Part shown: positions 41,432 through 55,688 of the stretch, piece after piece
Numbering within the stretch: position 1 is the first letter of the stretch
How the letters are laid out: every line of letters begins with the position of its first letter
Source: Octopus sinensis
Taxonomy: Eukaryota
Length of the DNA stretch: 64,000 nt
Direction: 5' to 3'
NCBI RefSeq assembly: GCF_006345805.1
Contig: NC_043001.1
Coordinates: 3,224,001 to 3,288,000, forward strand
Program-made: the position numbers and the translations under genes
Notes under the pieces: model-generated
Databases searched by the model: none
The model's input: only the letters and a program-made list of their open reading frames with translations
What the model was told of the DNA's origin: nothing

Positions 41432-43216
41432 ATCAACGTTCAAAGTTATGTCGTCAAATAAGTTTTACTTCAAAGATTGTGTACATATTTTCACAAAGTG
41501 AGTTTTGCACAGAAAGAATATTACATTTTCTTGAAAAGTTTTCATATGAATAAATGAAAACTAACGTGGAGGAAAAATACTATCCTCGCTGAAAAATATT
41601 AGTGCATGTTTAAGTAAACAAGTTTTACGGTAGAAGTAAAATTACATTTTACTAACCGGTTTATGCTGTTATCAGTTTACCAAAGCTTAAAGTCTGTTCT
41701 TCAATGCAGTTTTTAGCCCATTGCTGGAAGAATCACTTGGGATTAAACTTAAATCGAAATGTTGTTTATGTCATTTCAAAGGCAGGACACATAACTATTT
41801 GTTTGTGTGTTTCACCTCGCTTATGTATTTTTTTAAGACAGTGATTGCTTAATATTTTCTCAAAGTAATATTTTTACTTTTGGAAAATAAAAAGGTATTT
41901 TTAAGAGAGAGAAGAGTATTTAACTGAATATGAGACAAAGCAGAGAATAAAGGATTTCTGCTTTTAAAAGCAATTTCCTATGCATCCGAAGCGTCTACTC
42001 TGTGATTTCTTTTAAATATGGGAATATATTCAGGCTTATGTGCTAATTGAAATATGCTTTACGTTTCGGTTTGCACTTGTTCCTAAAATATATTAATTTA
42101 TTGTTTCGTTGCTGTTTCATCGTTGAGTTGCTACACTGGCAGAATAGGAAGACAGAATAGTGAGCTTAGACCTACCGCCAACAATTTTCTAAATCTTCAC
42201 TCAGGATAATTTTCCATGTATATTGTTTACCGAATCTGTTGGCGATATATGATCATTCCTTTCTTGAGTGTTATATCCGTTTTTCCAATGTGGTATTGTG
42301 TTCACAGTAACATTCACCTTATTATGTATATGTTCCCTAAATTACAAGAAAATAACTATTAATTTTGAAGGTAAAAATCTTTTTGAAATGGAATTAAAAT
42401 GCTACATCTGAGAGATAGCTTCATACTTCACAGTTTGGACAGTAGCGTTTACTGTCCGTAGTTGATAGATGTAGCTTTTCATTGGTTAAACTCTTTTTAG
42501 TGATTTCATTTGTACCTTTCCTTTTCATAACAGGATATTTTTCCAAGTTATTTTTCATTACAGGGTCCTGAAATAGTATTAGTATTTATATATAGATGTT
42601 GGTGGAAATTTCGGCGTCGTTTCGGTTCAAAGCTGAAAACAATGGTCTTTTTGTATTTGTTGTTCGAAACTCTAGGATGATAATATATTTTCTTTCTGAA
42701 TTACAAATTAATCAGTCTCATAGGTTATTTTTGACACGTTCGTTATCATTTATTCTAAATTTTGGTCAGATTGTGTTAGGATTTGACAAAAATGTGCGGA
42801 TTCTGCTTTGCTAAGTTGAATGAAATATTACTTAGTGTTTCAGACGTTATTATCTAAAAACAAGGTATTGTCTTTCTTTACCAATATATTTCTTACTCTT
42901 AATACATTTAACAGACGTAATTTATTGTTACTGAAATCCATAGTGAATTAAATATGAAGCATTATGTTGTTGAGATTTTTAAATGAATTCAATTTGTCAA
43001 TATTTCTCTCCATATAATGAAATCATCACCTAGAAAATCTCTGCCAGTTTTCATTCACAAAACATCTGAATTCATCTCCAAATATTTGCGAAGATTTTCT
43101 ATAGACTTTCAGTTCATGGCATTCCGTAACTGTGTTGGAGCACTTGTCATTCCCGTGGTTGTTCCTAACTCTAAGGTGTATGCAGGTATACGAATACGCA
43201 CGCGCACACACACACA

Positions 43217-43314
<98 letters not shown>

Positions 43315-45001
43315 CGTGTAGGTATATATGCATTTATCCATATGAATATACATGCATATATATATATCTACCTATCAAAAGAGGAGATGGGGTAATTTTT
43401 GGTATAATTTACTTTTGGCATTTTTTCCCCAGTTTAGGAATCATTACTGTGTAGAAAATATTTTCCAGTATTTTAAACTCTTATGCAAACCTCGAACGAA
43501 TGTAACTTTTACATACAGATTTGGAATACTGGAATAAACAGATGTTCGTCGAGAGGACACAGCGAGGATTTTAGCCTTATCTGCGTTATATGTATCTACT
43601 TAGTTATATGTATGTGTGTGTGTGTGTGTGTATATATATGTATGTGTTTATATGGTTCAACAAAGACAAAATGGGTGTATCAAATACCATGCAATATGTA
43701 TTTTTGAATTATTGAAATTATTTTCGGTCCTGAGAACACAAAGCAATCACTTGGAAGCATATGGGACTGACTCCAAAATAAGATGTGGAGACTATTTCAA
43801 GAATCAAGAAATTCCTTTTTCATTTTCCACTAGTTTCAATTATCTCCCTACGATTGTTCTACACCCTTCGAAGCAGAGATAATCTCAATAAATCCAGTAC
43901 TTGTCTTATTTGACAATAAATCTAGCCTTATTCGTCTCTCTTCAAATATAAATTACTAGTTACTCTGAGATATTTTCTCTTATATCATTTATGTTTTATT
44001 TATTCAAATTGCCATGGCCGTAATGTGTTTCACTCGTTTCTGTAAATGCCTAAGTGTCCCCATCCACTGGAGATAAGCCGGGACGACCGCTGTGCTGATG
44101 ACACCCGTTGAACCAGAAACACGCGGTCGTAGTTATTTCTCTTTTATTTCTCGAATGTCCTGGACAACATGACTGTCTTAAAATATTTCAGTTTTGGAAA
44201 AGTTTTGATTTTTGAGATTATCTCCTCTATTCTTTGGAGTTGGTCCTAGTTGAAACTAATCACTTGTTTAACCCTCCTTTGAACTAGCATTTATTTTAAT
44301 TATTAACAACTCATTTTGCACATATATTATATCCTTATTCGTTTTTCGTCAGACATGCTACTGGCCACTCTGAGTTATTTTTGCTCGTTTTTGTTCTACA
44401 CTCACACACATATATAAACATAATACATACGTCCACACACAAACGCACGCAGAGTTGATTCTACTTACGTCAGTTCTCTTAATTTCCTGTTCCAAATCCT
44501 GGGACAATCGGGATCCTGGATGATCGAAACTTTCTGATTATATACATCCACTGGATTACATTATCATTACTATAGATTCTTAAGATTTAAAAGTCGGTAA
44601 AGCATTACCAACGTCGACGTACCATTGTAGAAGACATTTCTATTAGTTTGTCTTTGATTTTGTTCCACAGTTACGATTGTTTACTTTTATCTAAGAGGTA
44701 GAAGAGACAAGTTTATAATATAGAATATAGTTTTCAAAGATGACCTGTCTTCATACTGCATCTTCAGTACCCGCTTTGTGGTTTTATACATCCTCTCAGC
44801 CATAACAGGCTTTAGAAAAAAGAATGCAATTCCAGAAGGCAAAATTATATATTTCCAGATATTTAGCTCTTCTCAAAATAACCACGGAATTTTCAACGGT
44901 ACAACTAGTAAGTACTTAGTATATGATTAGATATAGGAAACAGTTAACGGTGTTTTATATATATATATATATGCACATGTGCGTGCATGTGTGTAAGAAT
45001 G

Positions 45002-45040
<39 letters not shown>

Positions 45041-45074
45041 TATATATATCAATACATACATACATACATACATA

Positions 45075-45121
<47 letters not shown>

Positions 45122-45122
45122 C

Positions 45123-45159
<37 letters not shown>

Positions 45160-45941
45160 GTACGTAAAACACGTACATGCATATACATATCGAAACTTAC
45201 GCGCACACACATGCACACACACAAAACCGTCCTGATCTTTAGTAAATTTGTATTTATTTAAATGCCATAATTTTCTGTAAATGTTTGCTGCAGCCAAAGT
45301 TTGTTTGGATTGGTAATTCTGTTTATGGCATCCGCTTGGAATGGTACTTGATGAAGCCATTGCTTTTGTGATTAGTTTCGTATATCAACAGTTGGTCGAA
45401 TAGATTTTTCTTTTTCTTTTTTAATAATATTTCTTTGGAAATCATGCCCGAAACACCAAATCATTGGAATTCATATCAAATCAATTACTGCATTGTTCAA
45501 TATCGATTTTAAAGTTATAGACTCAGAATATATTTCACGCATGTCTTTAAAAACAGTAATTTGCTTGGTGCTAATTTAAGAAAATCGATTCTTCTCTATA
45601 TATGTCTGAATCGGTAAATTTTATTTCATTTCATTTTGGCTATATATATTTTTTGTATTTTAGCATACACACACCACTTTTAGAATAAAAATATTTCAGA
45701 GAATAAAGGAATAATAATAATTTTAAGTTTTATCCTATTACGTTTTATTTATTTATTTTTTTTTTTTAATTCTCGACGAATTATTAAATTTTTATTGTTA
45801 TAAAAAGTGTATAGTAAATATCTTTTGAACGAAATCACGTAAATGTTTTAAACTACGCCAGTAAGATTATCTCTCACTCACCATTTCTTCTGTCGACTCG
45901 GCTAAATATATTTGTTCAAAATGAAAGGTGACCCAATTTAC

Positions 45942-45998
<57 letters not shown>

Positions 45999-47172
45999 AC
46001 CATCATATTTAACATGTTGATGTACACTCAGGCATAGAGAGACATACACATCTGAAATTTTCTTGAGAAAACAAAAATTCTCCTTATTGACAATAAGCAT
46101 GAAAAATACACCACAGGACTAATAATGACATCATCAGACGGTCGGACACCTGTGTTTCTGCATCGTTGCGCGTCGTCAGTTGCCGATACCAATTCGTCGT
46201 TGATAGCCATTATGAACTCACTGTGCATGTATTAGTACAGCAAATGGTACATTAGCTGATGTAGGCAAATCTTTGAACAGCCGGAATTAATTAGAGGCGG
46301 TTTCCATTTCTGAGTGTACGCGTATATCTAAATATGATTTTAATTACCTATATTTCATTCAACGCTACTTCTTGCGCATCTAATTAATCAATTAACAGGC
46401 CTGTAGATTGGAGAGCAGCAGATGGGTGAAGTTTTGTACCGTTGGTAGTCGAGGCTATCCTTGAGTTTGGCGTGATTCCTTTTGAGGAAGACTGCCTTCT
46501 TCGCGTGTTCACATGTTTTTATACGGAAAACGTTTTTCTCTCATTTTCCTTGCTTCTTTCTTCTTATCCATTATGTATCTCCCCCACAAACTGTAATCTG
46601 CCCTTGTAATATTCCCATTCATCTGATTGTTTTGTGGCATATAAAGGATATTATTATTAATGAATGAGAAAGCAGTGCATGCCATCAAAGTGACACTGGG
46701 GTACAAATATACGAAGCTCAATATACACATTATGGCTACCCGCCTGATAAAGGTACACCAGGGTACATGCAGCACAACCATATGTGCGCGACATGGTGAT
46801 CTCATATCAAGATAAGCAGCGCATGATCTTGAAGATGGGGCTCAGTTACAATTTCTTTCAGTTTGAGAAGCCCATACCGCTCAAAAGGTCCCTGAATAAG
46901 GTCTGTTTAAAGATGATGAACGAAATACCCATGTTTCCAAAGATGAATTATTCAAAACCCAAAGAATACCTCTCAACACATGGTTATGATGCTTCCTCAC
47001 TTCTTCTGCTCGTGATCAGAGATGCACATATCGTCAGCCACCAAGGGACATGTTCAACTGGTTAAGGTCAAACAACTGACAAGCAAATCTGTGATATGGA
47101 GCAGAATATTTGCTGTTAGCCCATCTTTTATACCAAGACAAAACAATGTACATGATAACACTTCCATTATCA

Positions 47173-47240
<68 letters not shown>

Positions 47241-47244
47241 ATAA

Positions 47245-47470
47245 AGGCGGTGAGCTGGCAGAAACAGTAGCACACCAGGTGAAATGCTTTCTGCATTTCG
47301 TCTGTCTTTACGTTCTGAGTTCAAATTTCGCCAGGTCGACTTTGCCTTTCTTGCTTTCGGGGTCGATAAATTAAGTACCAAAGTACCAAAGTACCAGTTG
47401 CGTACTGATGTCGATCAAATCGACTGGACGCAGCCCAAAATTTCGGACCTTGTGCCTAGAGTAGAAAAGA
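47245..47470 (+). mobile_element. tRNA-derived SINE, third family; fragments also at 36640-36718, 47620-47830, 48815-48900 and 56420-56600(-)
   Basis: aaggcggtgagctggcagaa...ttctgagttcaaatttcgcc...ggggtcgataaattaagtacc...ccttgtgcctagagtagaaaagattatt. Confidence 0.8.
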
Positions 47471-47517
47471 TTATTATTATTAGTAGTAGTAGTAGTATTA
47501 TATTATCATCATCATCA

Positions 47518-47585
<68 letters not shown>

Positions 47586-49429
47586 GTTATTATTATTATT
47601 AACATTTATATTGGCCTTGATGATAAATTGATGGAATCATTAGAACCTCAGACAAGAACTGTTCTGGACTTTTTGCGTTCTGCGTTCAATCCCACCGTGG
47701 TCAGTTTTGACTTCCATATTTTCGAGGTCAATAAAATAAAGTACCTGTCAAGTACTCAGACAGATAATGACGACTAAGTCCCCCTCCCCTCAAAACTGCT
47801 GGGTTCGTCCCTTTATTAGATACTATTGTTATTGTTGCTCATTGATTATTTTCTGGAAAGTCTGTAATGAGTCAGTTGCCATGTTGTTTAAGCGGAGGTG
47901 TTACGAAATATCTTGTTTTGTTTTTTTTATGGTTTTCTTATGAAATTGGTTATTTCAGTTCTATAGTTAGGATTACATCTTATAGATTACTTTTTTGATT
48001 GTTAAGTAGGAAACGTGATTTTTGTATGTTTTCATAAATATTTTGTTAAATATATGTATTTCAATATTTATGTAATGGTTGTGCGATTGTTGAATTCTGC
48101 AAATTGTAATTACGTCTCTAGCTGGAAGGGCTTACATCGAATATTTGCGAAGTTTGTGAATATATTTTTGCACTGTTCATTGAACTGTGAGTGTATCTGT
48201 ATGATTACGATCCGTCAGAAGGAGGAGAGTTCGAGATTATATGCTATGTGATCTTTGTAAATAGGTTGCTAGAATATAAACTGATGTTTGCAGAAGAGAA
48301 ACTGGAGTTATTTTAGTGAGTTTGAAGTTGTAGTTCATTAGACTTGGATCAACCGTAGTCAAGCATACATTTCCATAATGAATACCCTAAATTTTCTTTT
48401 GTACATGATACATCGAGGACTACATGATCCAATGTAGCCTTAATGTACGATGACAGATAGAGACTGAAAGGGATGGATTAAGGGTCTATATCTAGCACAA
48501 CAAGACAGCACATCGAACCATATTTTAAGACGTATTTTGTGTATGGCATTTAAGTTGTAATGGTTATTTAGCTGGTATGCTTTGTTGCATCTTATGATTT
48601 TGCACAAGCTTTGCAGGTCGCATTTGTGTTGTAGTTACTGCATCAGAACAGTAACCGACAGATAAGTGGTTCCATTCCTGTTGGTGATTGTGTCCACTTT
48701 TTTCTGAAAGCAAATTGCCTACAGGTGAAGACGTTAGACTACGATCAAAAGGTCGTCGTTTCGAAGTTGTTGTTCCTGCAGCGCGTTGTCTACTTTCGCA
48801 GTTTATCTCACATTGGTTTATATCAACTGGTAGAAACTCTTGCAGCATTCAGTTATATACTTTCATGTTTTGAGTTCAAATCCTACTGGAACCACGTGTT
48901 TTTCACACTTCACTACTCGATAAAATAAGAAACGAATATTCTAGGAAGAATTCAATTAACTTTTATTCTTTCCAAAGAAATCGTGACCACGTGACTATAC
49001 AAAGGGTACTTGTTATCCTTTTAGTTGTGTTGTGTCATTGGAAACTCGATCTTTGTAGAATACATCGACATAAACACAGATATATGTATATGATTGTATG
49101 TGTGTATATGTGTGTGTGTATGTGTGTGTGTGTGTACGTACGTACGTACGTATGTATGTACGTATGTATGTGAGCTAAAGCTAGAAATAAAGGAAAACTA
49201 CAGATTTGCCTACGAGAGAACTTAATACTGTAAAGTTCGAGTTATTCACTCACGCTATATTTTCGGGTTCCAGACAACTCAAACTTAATAAAGCATACAT
49301 GCACATACACACACGTAGCCCTGCATCCATGGATACATACACACACACACGCGTACACAAACATGTACCTTCAACACACATCTACAGAAGCAATACTTGG
49401 ATACATCTTCACTGTGATATCCTAAAATC

Positions 49430-50045
49430 ATTTTGCGTTTTGTTTCTTATAGTATACATCCCCATCCAGGTGACCCAATCAAGGGTGATAAATCTGAATC
49501 CTGTATCCAAGGGCTATTCTGCTAACCCCTACCGATCCGTCCTTAACAGTTCGCCGAGAGCCACCTAGACGCTATTAAAGCACTCTCTGCGTTCATTAAT
49601 TCCTCATGGCACTTCTTTTGCAAGATACAGAGTTTCATAGGCTTTGCACCGAATACAACCTGCAAATTCTCGACTGCTAATCTCTATTGGCAAAAACCCT
49701 ATTTTCCCCCCTTTCGTGTGGCAGTCCTCCACCAACTCCTCGTACTTGGTATTCTTCATCTGTTGAGCTCCCTCTATACATTTCTCTCGGGTCATAGTTC
49801 CAAAATGACTAAATACTTTGTTATTTGGCAAACCAAGATCATAACAGCAAGTGTGGAGATCGACTTCCATCACCCAGAATGGTGCTGTGGAAATTAAACC
49901 CTTAGACCTGCTCTTCGGTCTTTTCACAGTCCTCTCTAACTCCTTGATAAAGGGTTTACCACTGGCCGCAACATTGCAAATACACGTTCACATTAGTAAA
50001 TTTATACTCTGGCTAAGCCCGAACAGCCTGAGTACCGGACTCGCC
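49430..50045 (-). mobile_element. HERO-like (RLE-type) LINE C-terminal relic
   Basis: WVMEVDL...CIEGAQQMKNTKYEELVEDC...FLPIEISSREFAG resembles WEMRVDL...EEA.ERK..KY.EL...PVEVG.RGF; 3' UTR ttgggtcacctggatgggg. Confidence 0.7.
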
Positions 50046-50134
50046 ACTGATATATGTGTGTGTGTGCGTGTGTGTGTCTGTATGTATGTAGTTACTTATG
50101 TATGTAAAAGAGGGAATACAAAGGAGTGATAGAG

Positions 50135-50372
50135 AGAGAGAGATAGAGGAGAAATGGAAAAAAAAAGAAGAGACGTCAACAAGAGACTATGGCATTACGA
50201 CCAGTCAGGAACAGTCTACGCTACATTTGCGGTACCTGCCAGAGGGAGTGTTTGTCCAGGATAGGACTACACAGCCACAGCAGGAAATGTATCAGGACAT
50301 GAAATATAAAAGCCGAACTAGACTACTTTATGCGCAATCCATTGTCTCCCGAGACAGAAAGGATGCCAACAA
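50135..50372 (+). mobile_element. 3' end of the same RTE family as 29469-32172
   Basis: Clear similarity to 31935-32170 (ctacatttgcggtacctgccagagggagtgtttgtccaggataggactacacagcc...gatgccaacaa). Confidence 0.9.
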
Positions 50373-50789
50373 TGTATGTATGTACTGGGTGTGTAAAAAG
50401 TAGCGCCGAAGCCTTGTTTTAAAATTTATATGTATGACTTCCCATTTGGGAGACAGTTTTGACTCCTAATTCTTACTTTACTAGTTGAGATATCAAAGAG
50501 TATCGTCAACATGATACGTGATCCAGATTCAGTAACTTTCAAAACTCAGTGAATAAGAAAGGAAGCGCAATACCGCATTAAAAAATGGATGGGAACATTT
50601 TTTTAAATAACAAGAAGCGTATGGCTGAAGATAAGTGTTTCCTCAAAGTAGCAGCCCTCAGCTTCTCCATGTTCTTAAGATGACACCGGAACTTGGCGCA
50701 TGTATTCCTCATTGTGTGTCTTGGAATATCTTGGAACAGGTCTTTGACCTTGCCCAGTGGCACGGCTTTGGTGTTACAGTTTGGTGTCT

Positions 50790-51430
50790 TTCTCAATCAC
50801 GCCCAACACATAGTAATCCACGGGATTATAATCAGGGAGATGGAAAAGGGGGCCAGAAATTGGGGCGACTGAAGCCGTAGAAAACTACTTACTCTTTCAG
50901 GGGCCAAATACTGCTGCATAGAATTTCTCCGACAACCACTTTTGACTCTTTCCAAAAGCATGGCTTCCACCAGTAATCCTCTCCAGACAGGGTTGTACCA
51001 CAGTTTCCAACAGCTTCACATAACCATCTGAATTGAGCTTAAAGCCCAATTCAAAGATATAGATAAGAATTGAGGCATGTGGATGCCTGTTGTGCGCCTT
51101 TCTTCTTGTCATGGCATCGTAGTCTCCGTTGCAGCTGTCTATGTCACGTCTTATAGCATTTTGTAGAGTTCAAAGAGCATTGGGCAGCAGTCATGGTGTC
51201 GGTAGTTCGATACCCGTTGTGAGCATCGTGAAACAGTTAATCCTTTTCCAATATTCAGATAGCCTCCAGTCCCCCATGTCAGCTTTTCCTCAACTACATA
51301 ATTAATCTTTATGCTCTCCAACGCCGCTGACTGCTCAGCAATACATCAGGCTGTCCCCGAAAAAAAAAGGAGACATAAAATATCGTCAAATTTCTCCAAA
51401 ACACCCGAGGACCCAATAACCTGACGTTTT
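50790..51430 (-). mobile_element. Degraded Tc1/mariner element
   Basis: IFELGFKLNSDGYVKLLETVVQPCLERITGG..GKSQKWLSEKFY, with the catalytic QQDSAP segment deleted. Confidence 0.8.
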
Positions 51431-52852
51431 CAACTTAACACTTGCACGCTACGTCTCTCATTGCGTCATTAGCTTTACATTATTTTCATTTAATGAATCA
51501 TCAAATATTATCAACATTTCTCAGAGCAGATCGTTGTTCTGATAATATTTTAAATACGATCAAGTATTTTCATGATGATGATATAGAGCAAATTGTATTT
51601 GGTGGAGAACATTCAGCTAGTTTTTTATCAATCGGCGCTTGTTTAAAATGGGCTGAAATAAGTGAGCGTATTCAATGTTGCGTATCTTTTTGCAATTTTT
51701 TGCTTTTCAGTGAATCGCTATAGTTTTTCATGTACGTTTTTATATTCACTGCTGCACAACTGGCAAGTTCTTCAATTTCACTTACCTTAATTTTAAAGCT
51801 CACAGTTCATAATCTTTTAGAAGAGATCACTTGGGCGCTGATAACTGCGATATTGATGCACACGGCGAAAAATATCTTGAAACTTGTACGGCTTAAATTT
51901 CATTGGTATGTAACATGTTAAACCTTGCGTTAAAAATACCATTTTTATTAGCCCTGCTCTGGGTAATCTACAGTAATACTATAGAATGATAAATGTCTGT
52001 AAAACATATCTTCCTGCAAATATCTTGGCAGCATGTTGAGCCGAAATGCAAATCTTGATGACGAAATTCAAAAGAAAATTCAAAAGATATAAATACATTT
52101 TGGAAATTAAAATCTTTTGCCACTAAACTATATCACAGTCATCTAAGATCAGCCATTACGATAAAAAAACAAATTTCACTCTAAAATATTTATTTCATAA
52201 CATATTTAATCTGATTTGCTACAAATCTGTAAAACACGAATCACATATTCAAAATATTTGTTAAACATTTTGAACATTTTCAGAAAACGTGTCTGCGGCA
52301 AATTTTGCATATATCTTGGAGACATTTTTTGAGAGATTTTGGAATGATGAAAAATTGTACAAGTAGAAGATTTCTTGCGATAATGTTGACTGAACTCAGA
52401 ATAGGTCCCGGTGTTGTTCGTCAATATTTCTATCAATATAAATATAAGGACAAGTACTTTCTTACAAACCATTCCAGACTGTGAATACGAACGAAGCGAA
52501 ATGAATATTATTGGACATATTGTATTCTTTTTTATAAAACACTCAAATACCTATGTGAGTGTATATACCTACATATATACATATATAACGCATGTCTTTA
52601 ATATTCCTTCAGTTTTCTTTCATATTTTTTTACATTACATTCTCCAGCCAATTCCTTCTATCCTAAGGATTCACAGAAAGGATTCTCTTACACACTATTC
52701 CAATTACGATATTTATATCCTTTCTGCAACAAATTTTCATTTCCTTTTCTTTTTTACGCTTTCCAGATTTTTTTAGTCTATTATGTTGCACATTGCATAA
52801 CTTACAATGTTGGGCATATATCCCCGTTAATATACAAGCGTACATATCAACA

Positions 52853-52927
<75 letters not shown>

Positions 52928-53639
52928 GTACATTTGCCTGCGCATGTGTATATACGTATATATGTATGTATATATGTATGCATGTATATATATGTGTGTG
53001 TGTATGTAGGTATACACATATATATATATACATATACAAATATACACACACATACCCATGTATACAGATGTAAACATACATACTTGTGTACATGTGTACA
53101 CACACATACACACACACACACATATATATATATACATACATACATATATATATATGTATATATGCACACACAATGACAAATTTATCTATTATGTTTTATA
53201 TTATATATTTTCAATCTATATATGTTATGTGAGTATATATACATATATACACGTGTACATCAAATTTATACACATACATATAGGTAAGTGTGTATGTATA
53301 TATATATATATTTGTGTGTGTGTATATTGGTGTGTACATGTGTGTTTGTGTGTGATTTGATGTGTGTGTGTCTGCGCGTGCGTGTGTATATTTGTATTAT
53401 GCATATACACGTGGGCGTGTATATATCGTTGTATGTGCGCGCGTGTGTGGATTTGTTTCACTGTTGGAATTTGATCCATTCCAGTATTTCCCTGAATGGC
53501 ACAGAAAGAAGACAGTGAAAGACAATGGTAGAAGTGGTAAGAGAGAGGGAGAGAGAAAGAGGGAGAGAGAGAGAGAGAGAGATTGAGACGGCCGGAGATA
53601 AGCATGCAATGCAGTAGCCAAGACGAGACAGTTTCAATC

Positions 53640-54100
53640 TTCAGGGAATTTTCCAGAATGGTGATTCAACGAGAACACATTTCGATGGTTTCCTGTGGTT
53701 CTTTCTCGACGATCAATAATATAGTTTGAACTCTACCCTACTGGAGGCCAACCACACTTTATCAACTTATGGCGGAAGATCATTTGGGTCTGGCTGACAT
53801 CGCAACGTGCCCAAACTCCCACAAATAATTTCACTTCTCTCTCCTTTCAATTCTTCTCTCAAAAACGACTTTTTCTCTACACCATTTGCCATTTACTTCC
53901 TACTTCAAGGGCGTCTCGACTAGATTCTTGAAACTTTCATCTCAGCTATTTTATCTCCTTACTGGAGTACACAGTTTCTTTGGCAATTCCCACCCTTTTC
54001 TGGATTCTATCAAATTCTTCGGGCAAATTTATTTGTCTTTTCTTCAATTCAAGAATTCAACTATTTTTCTCTCACTTTCGAATATTTTAAACCCTTCTCT
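53640..54100 (-). mobile_element. Possible L1/Tx1-like LINE C-terminal relic
   Basis: Weak resemblance of decayed minus frames only. Confidence 0.25.
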
Positions 54101-55536
54101 CTTTGTTAAAAACCGTTTAACCACACCTACGTACATTTGACATAACCATGCACGCACAAATCAGTAACACCTTCCAACATGCCCTTGCTATTTCTCGTGA
54201 TTCATCAAGGCATTTATTCCCTCGTCCATACATTTACCTCCTCAAATACATGTTTTTTTTTCCTTTTTTAAACCACCAACATCACTCCTCTTCCACATTT
54301 TCATACCTTCATAAACAGGCATTCTTCACCCTATCAGACGCACATTAACTTGCATCTACACAATCACCGCTTTCCTCCGCATTTAACTCTACATCTCTCC
54401 AAAAAAAAGCAGCGTTCTTGCATCGTTTCTAAACTCAGGCTTGTATTTCATTTTCCATTAACTAATTACCTCCCCCTGTGCTTCTCTCTTTTTGACATTT
54501 GATGAAGGACACGAGTTCAAAATCTCATGATACTCTCACTTTCTCTTACGTTAATATAACTTCTTTATAACTTTATAACTTCTGCATTTACGCACCCGTG
54601 CACACACACATACGCACTCTTTCTCTCTCCCTTTCTCCTCCTCTATCTATCTATCAATCTATCTACCTATCTATCTATCTCTCTGTACATGTATATATAA
54701 TTTTAACATATAATAACAGTGAAGTTTAGTTAAATAAACGAGCAGAAAAACCGCACGGTGGGCATGTGTTGTGCATATTGATATTATATATGCATATAGA
54801 TATGATACATAAATTATAGAGTAAATTAACAATATGTTCATGAACTGAACAATGATGTTGTTTATTTTGTAATCAGTAAAATAATCCATGATACATTTAA
54901 AAAAGACGATAATGAAGATTGGGAAATTGGAGATGAGACTGCCAAGGCAAAATGTTCAGGAATCTTCATTTGAGTGAATTTGAAGATAGATTATCTGCTG
55001 GGAATTAAGGAATTACATTTACCATTATGAAGAATTGAGTTTTACTATATTGTTCTTTCATTCTATTCACTTAAGTGTTTCTAGTGTCCCTTTCCTGGCA
55101 ATTAAAAAGAAACTTAAATACATCTCAATTACAAGAGAGAGTAATGAATGTCTCACATCAATGTAGAATTTTTTTGCAGACATAACTCTCAGAAAATGGA
55201 CCCTTTTCATTTATCTCGGTTAATATTTTATCTGGGTTAATACTTTTGTATTTTCTTTTCTTGACACTCTTGATAGCGCAACATACATCTGACCATTTGC
55301 GAAGAATTGTGTTGGGAGATGATAATATTGACTAAATAATTTTCAAGTGGTACTCCAGCATGACCACAGTCTAACACAATTTGTAAACTTAATTCGGATT
55401 TAGTTTTTTTCATTCACAAAATCTGCATTTTTAAAAGACAGTAAAAAATCTGAAAATCGGCTATAATAATAAATTTTTCCAGTCTAATTGCTATGAAGGT
55501 ATGACGTTGTGGAGAAAATAAAACTAAAAGGAAAAG

Positions 55537-55688
55537 TTACAGAGGTTTAAAAATCGAAAAAAAAACTGTATTTATAGCCAACAGGAGACAGAAATTTCCC
55601 GCGTTTAGCGGATCGGTGTCAACTTTAAGGTTGTAGTCTGTGAAATTAAAGTTTAGTGTCTGTGAAATGACCGCTTCATTGTACGTTT
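55537..55688 (-). CDS. Candidate terminal coding exon with GPI-anchor-like C-terminus
   Basis: Acceptor ttgattttatttggtatttctgtttacttag|; only the phase-1 frame is open: (E)TYNEAVISQTLNFNFTDYNLKVDTDPLNAGNFCLLLAINTVFFSIFKPL*. Confidence 0.4.

Noticed and set aside
43030-43178. Open minus frame VRNNHGNDKCSNTVTECHELK...
   Set aside because: Weak donor, adjacent to a microsatellite, no recognisable domain.
46105-46170. GAAAC...GUC...CUGAUGA on the minus strand
   Set aside because: Stems I and II cannot form properly; probably chance.
48564-48848. 94-aa minus ORF starting with DINQC (EGF-like)
   Set aside because: No EGF cysteine pattern follows; the start and acceptor overlap a SINE relic.
51440-51920. 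Strong minus donor (AG|GTAAGT near 51787) and a long protein-like frame
   Set aside because: All upstream frames have stops; more likely a decayed TE that I cannot assign.
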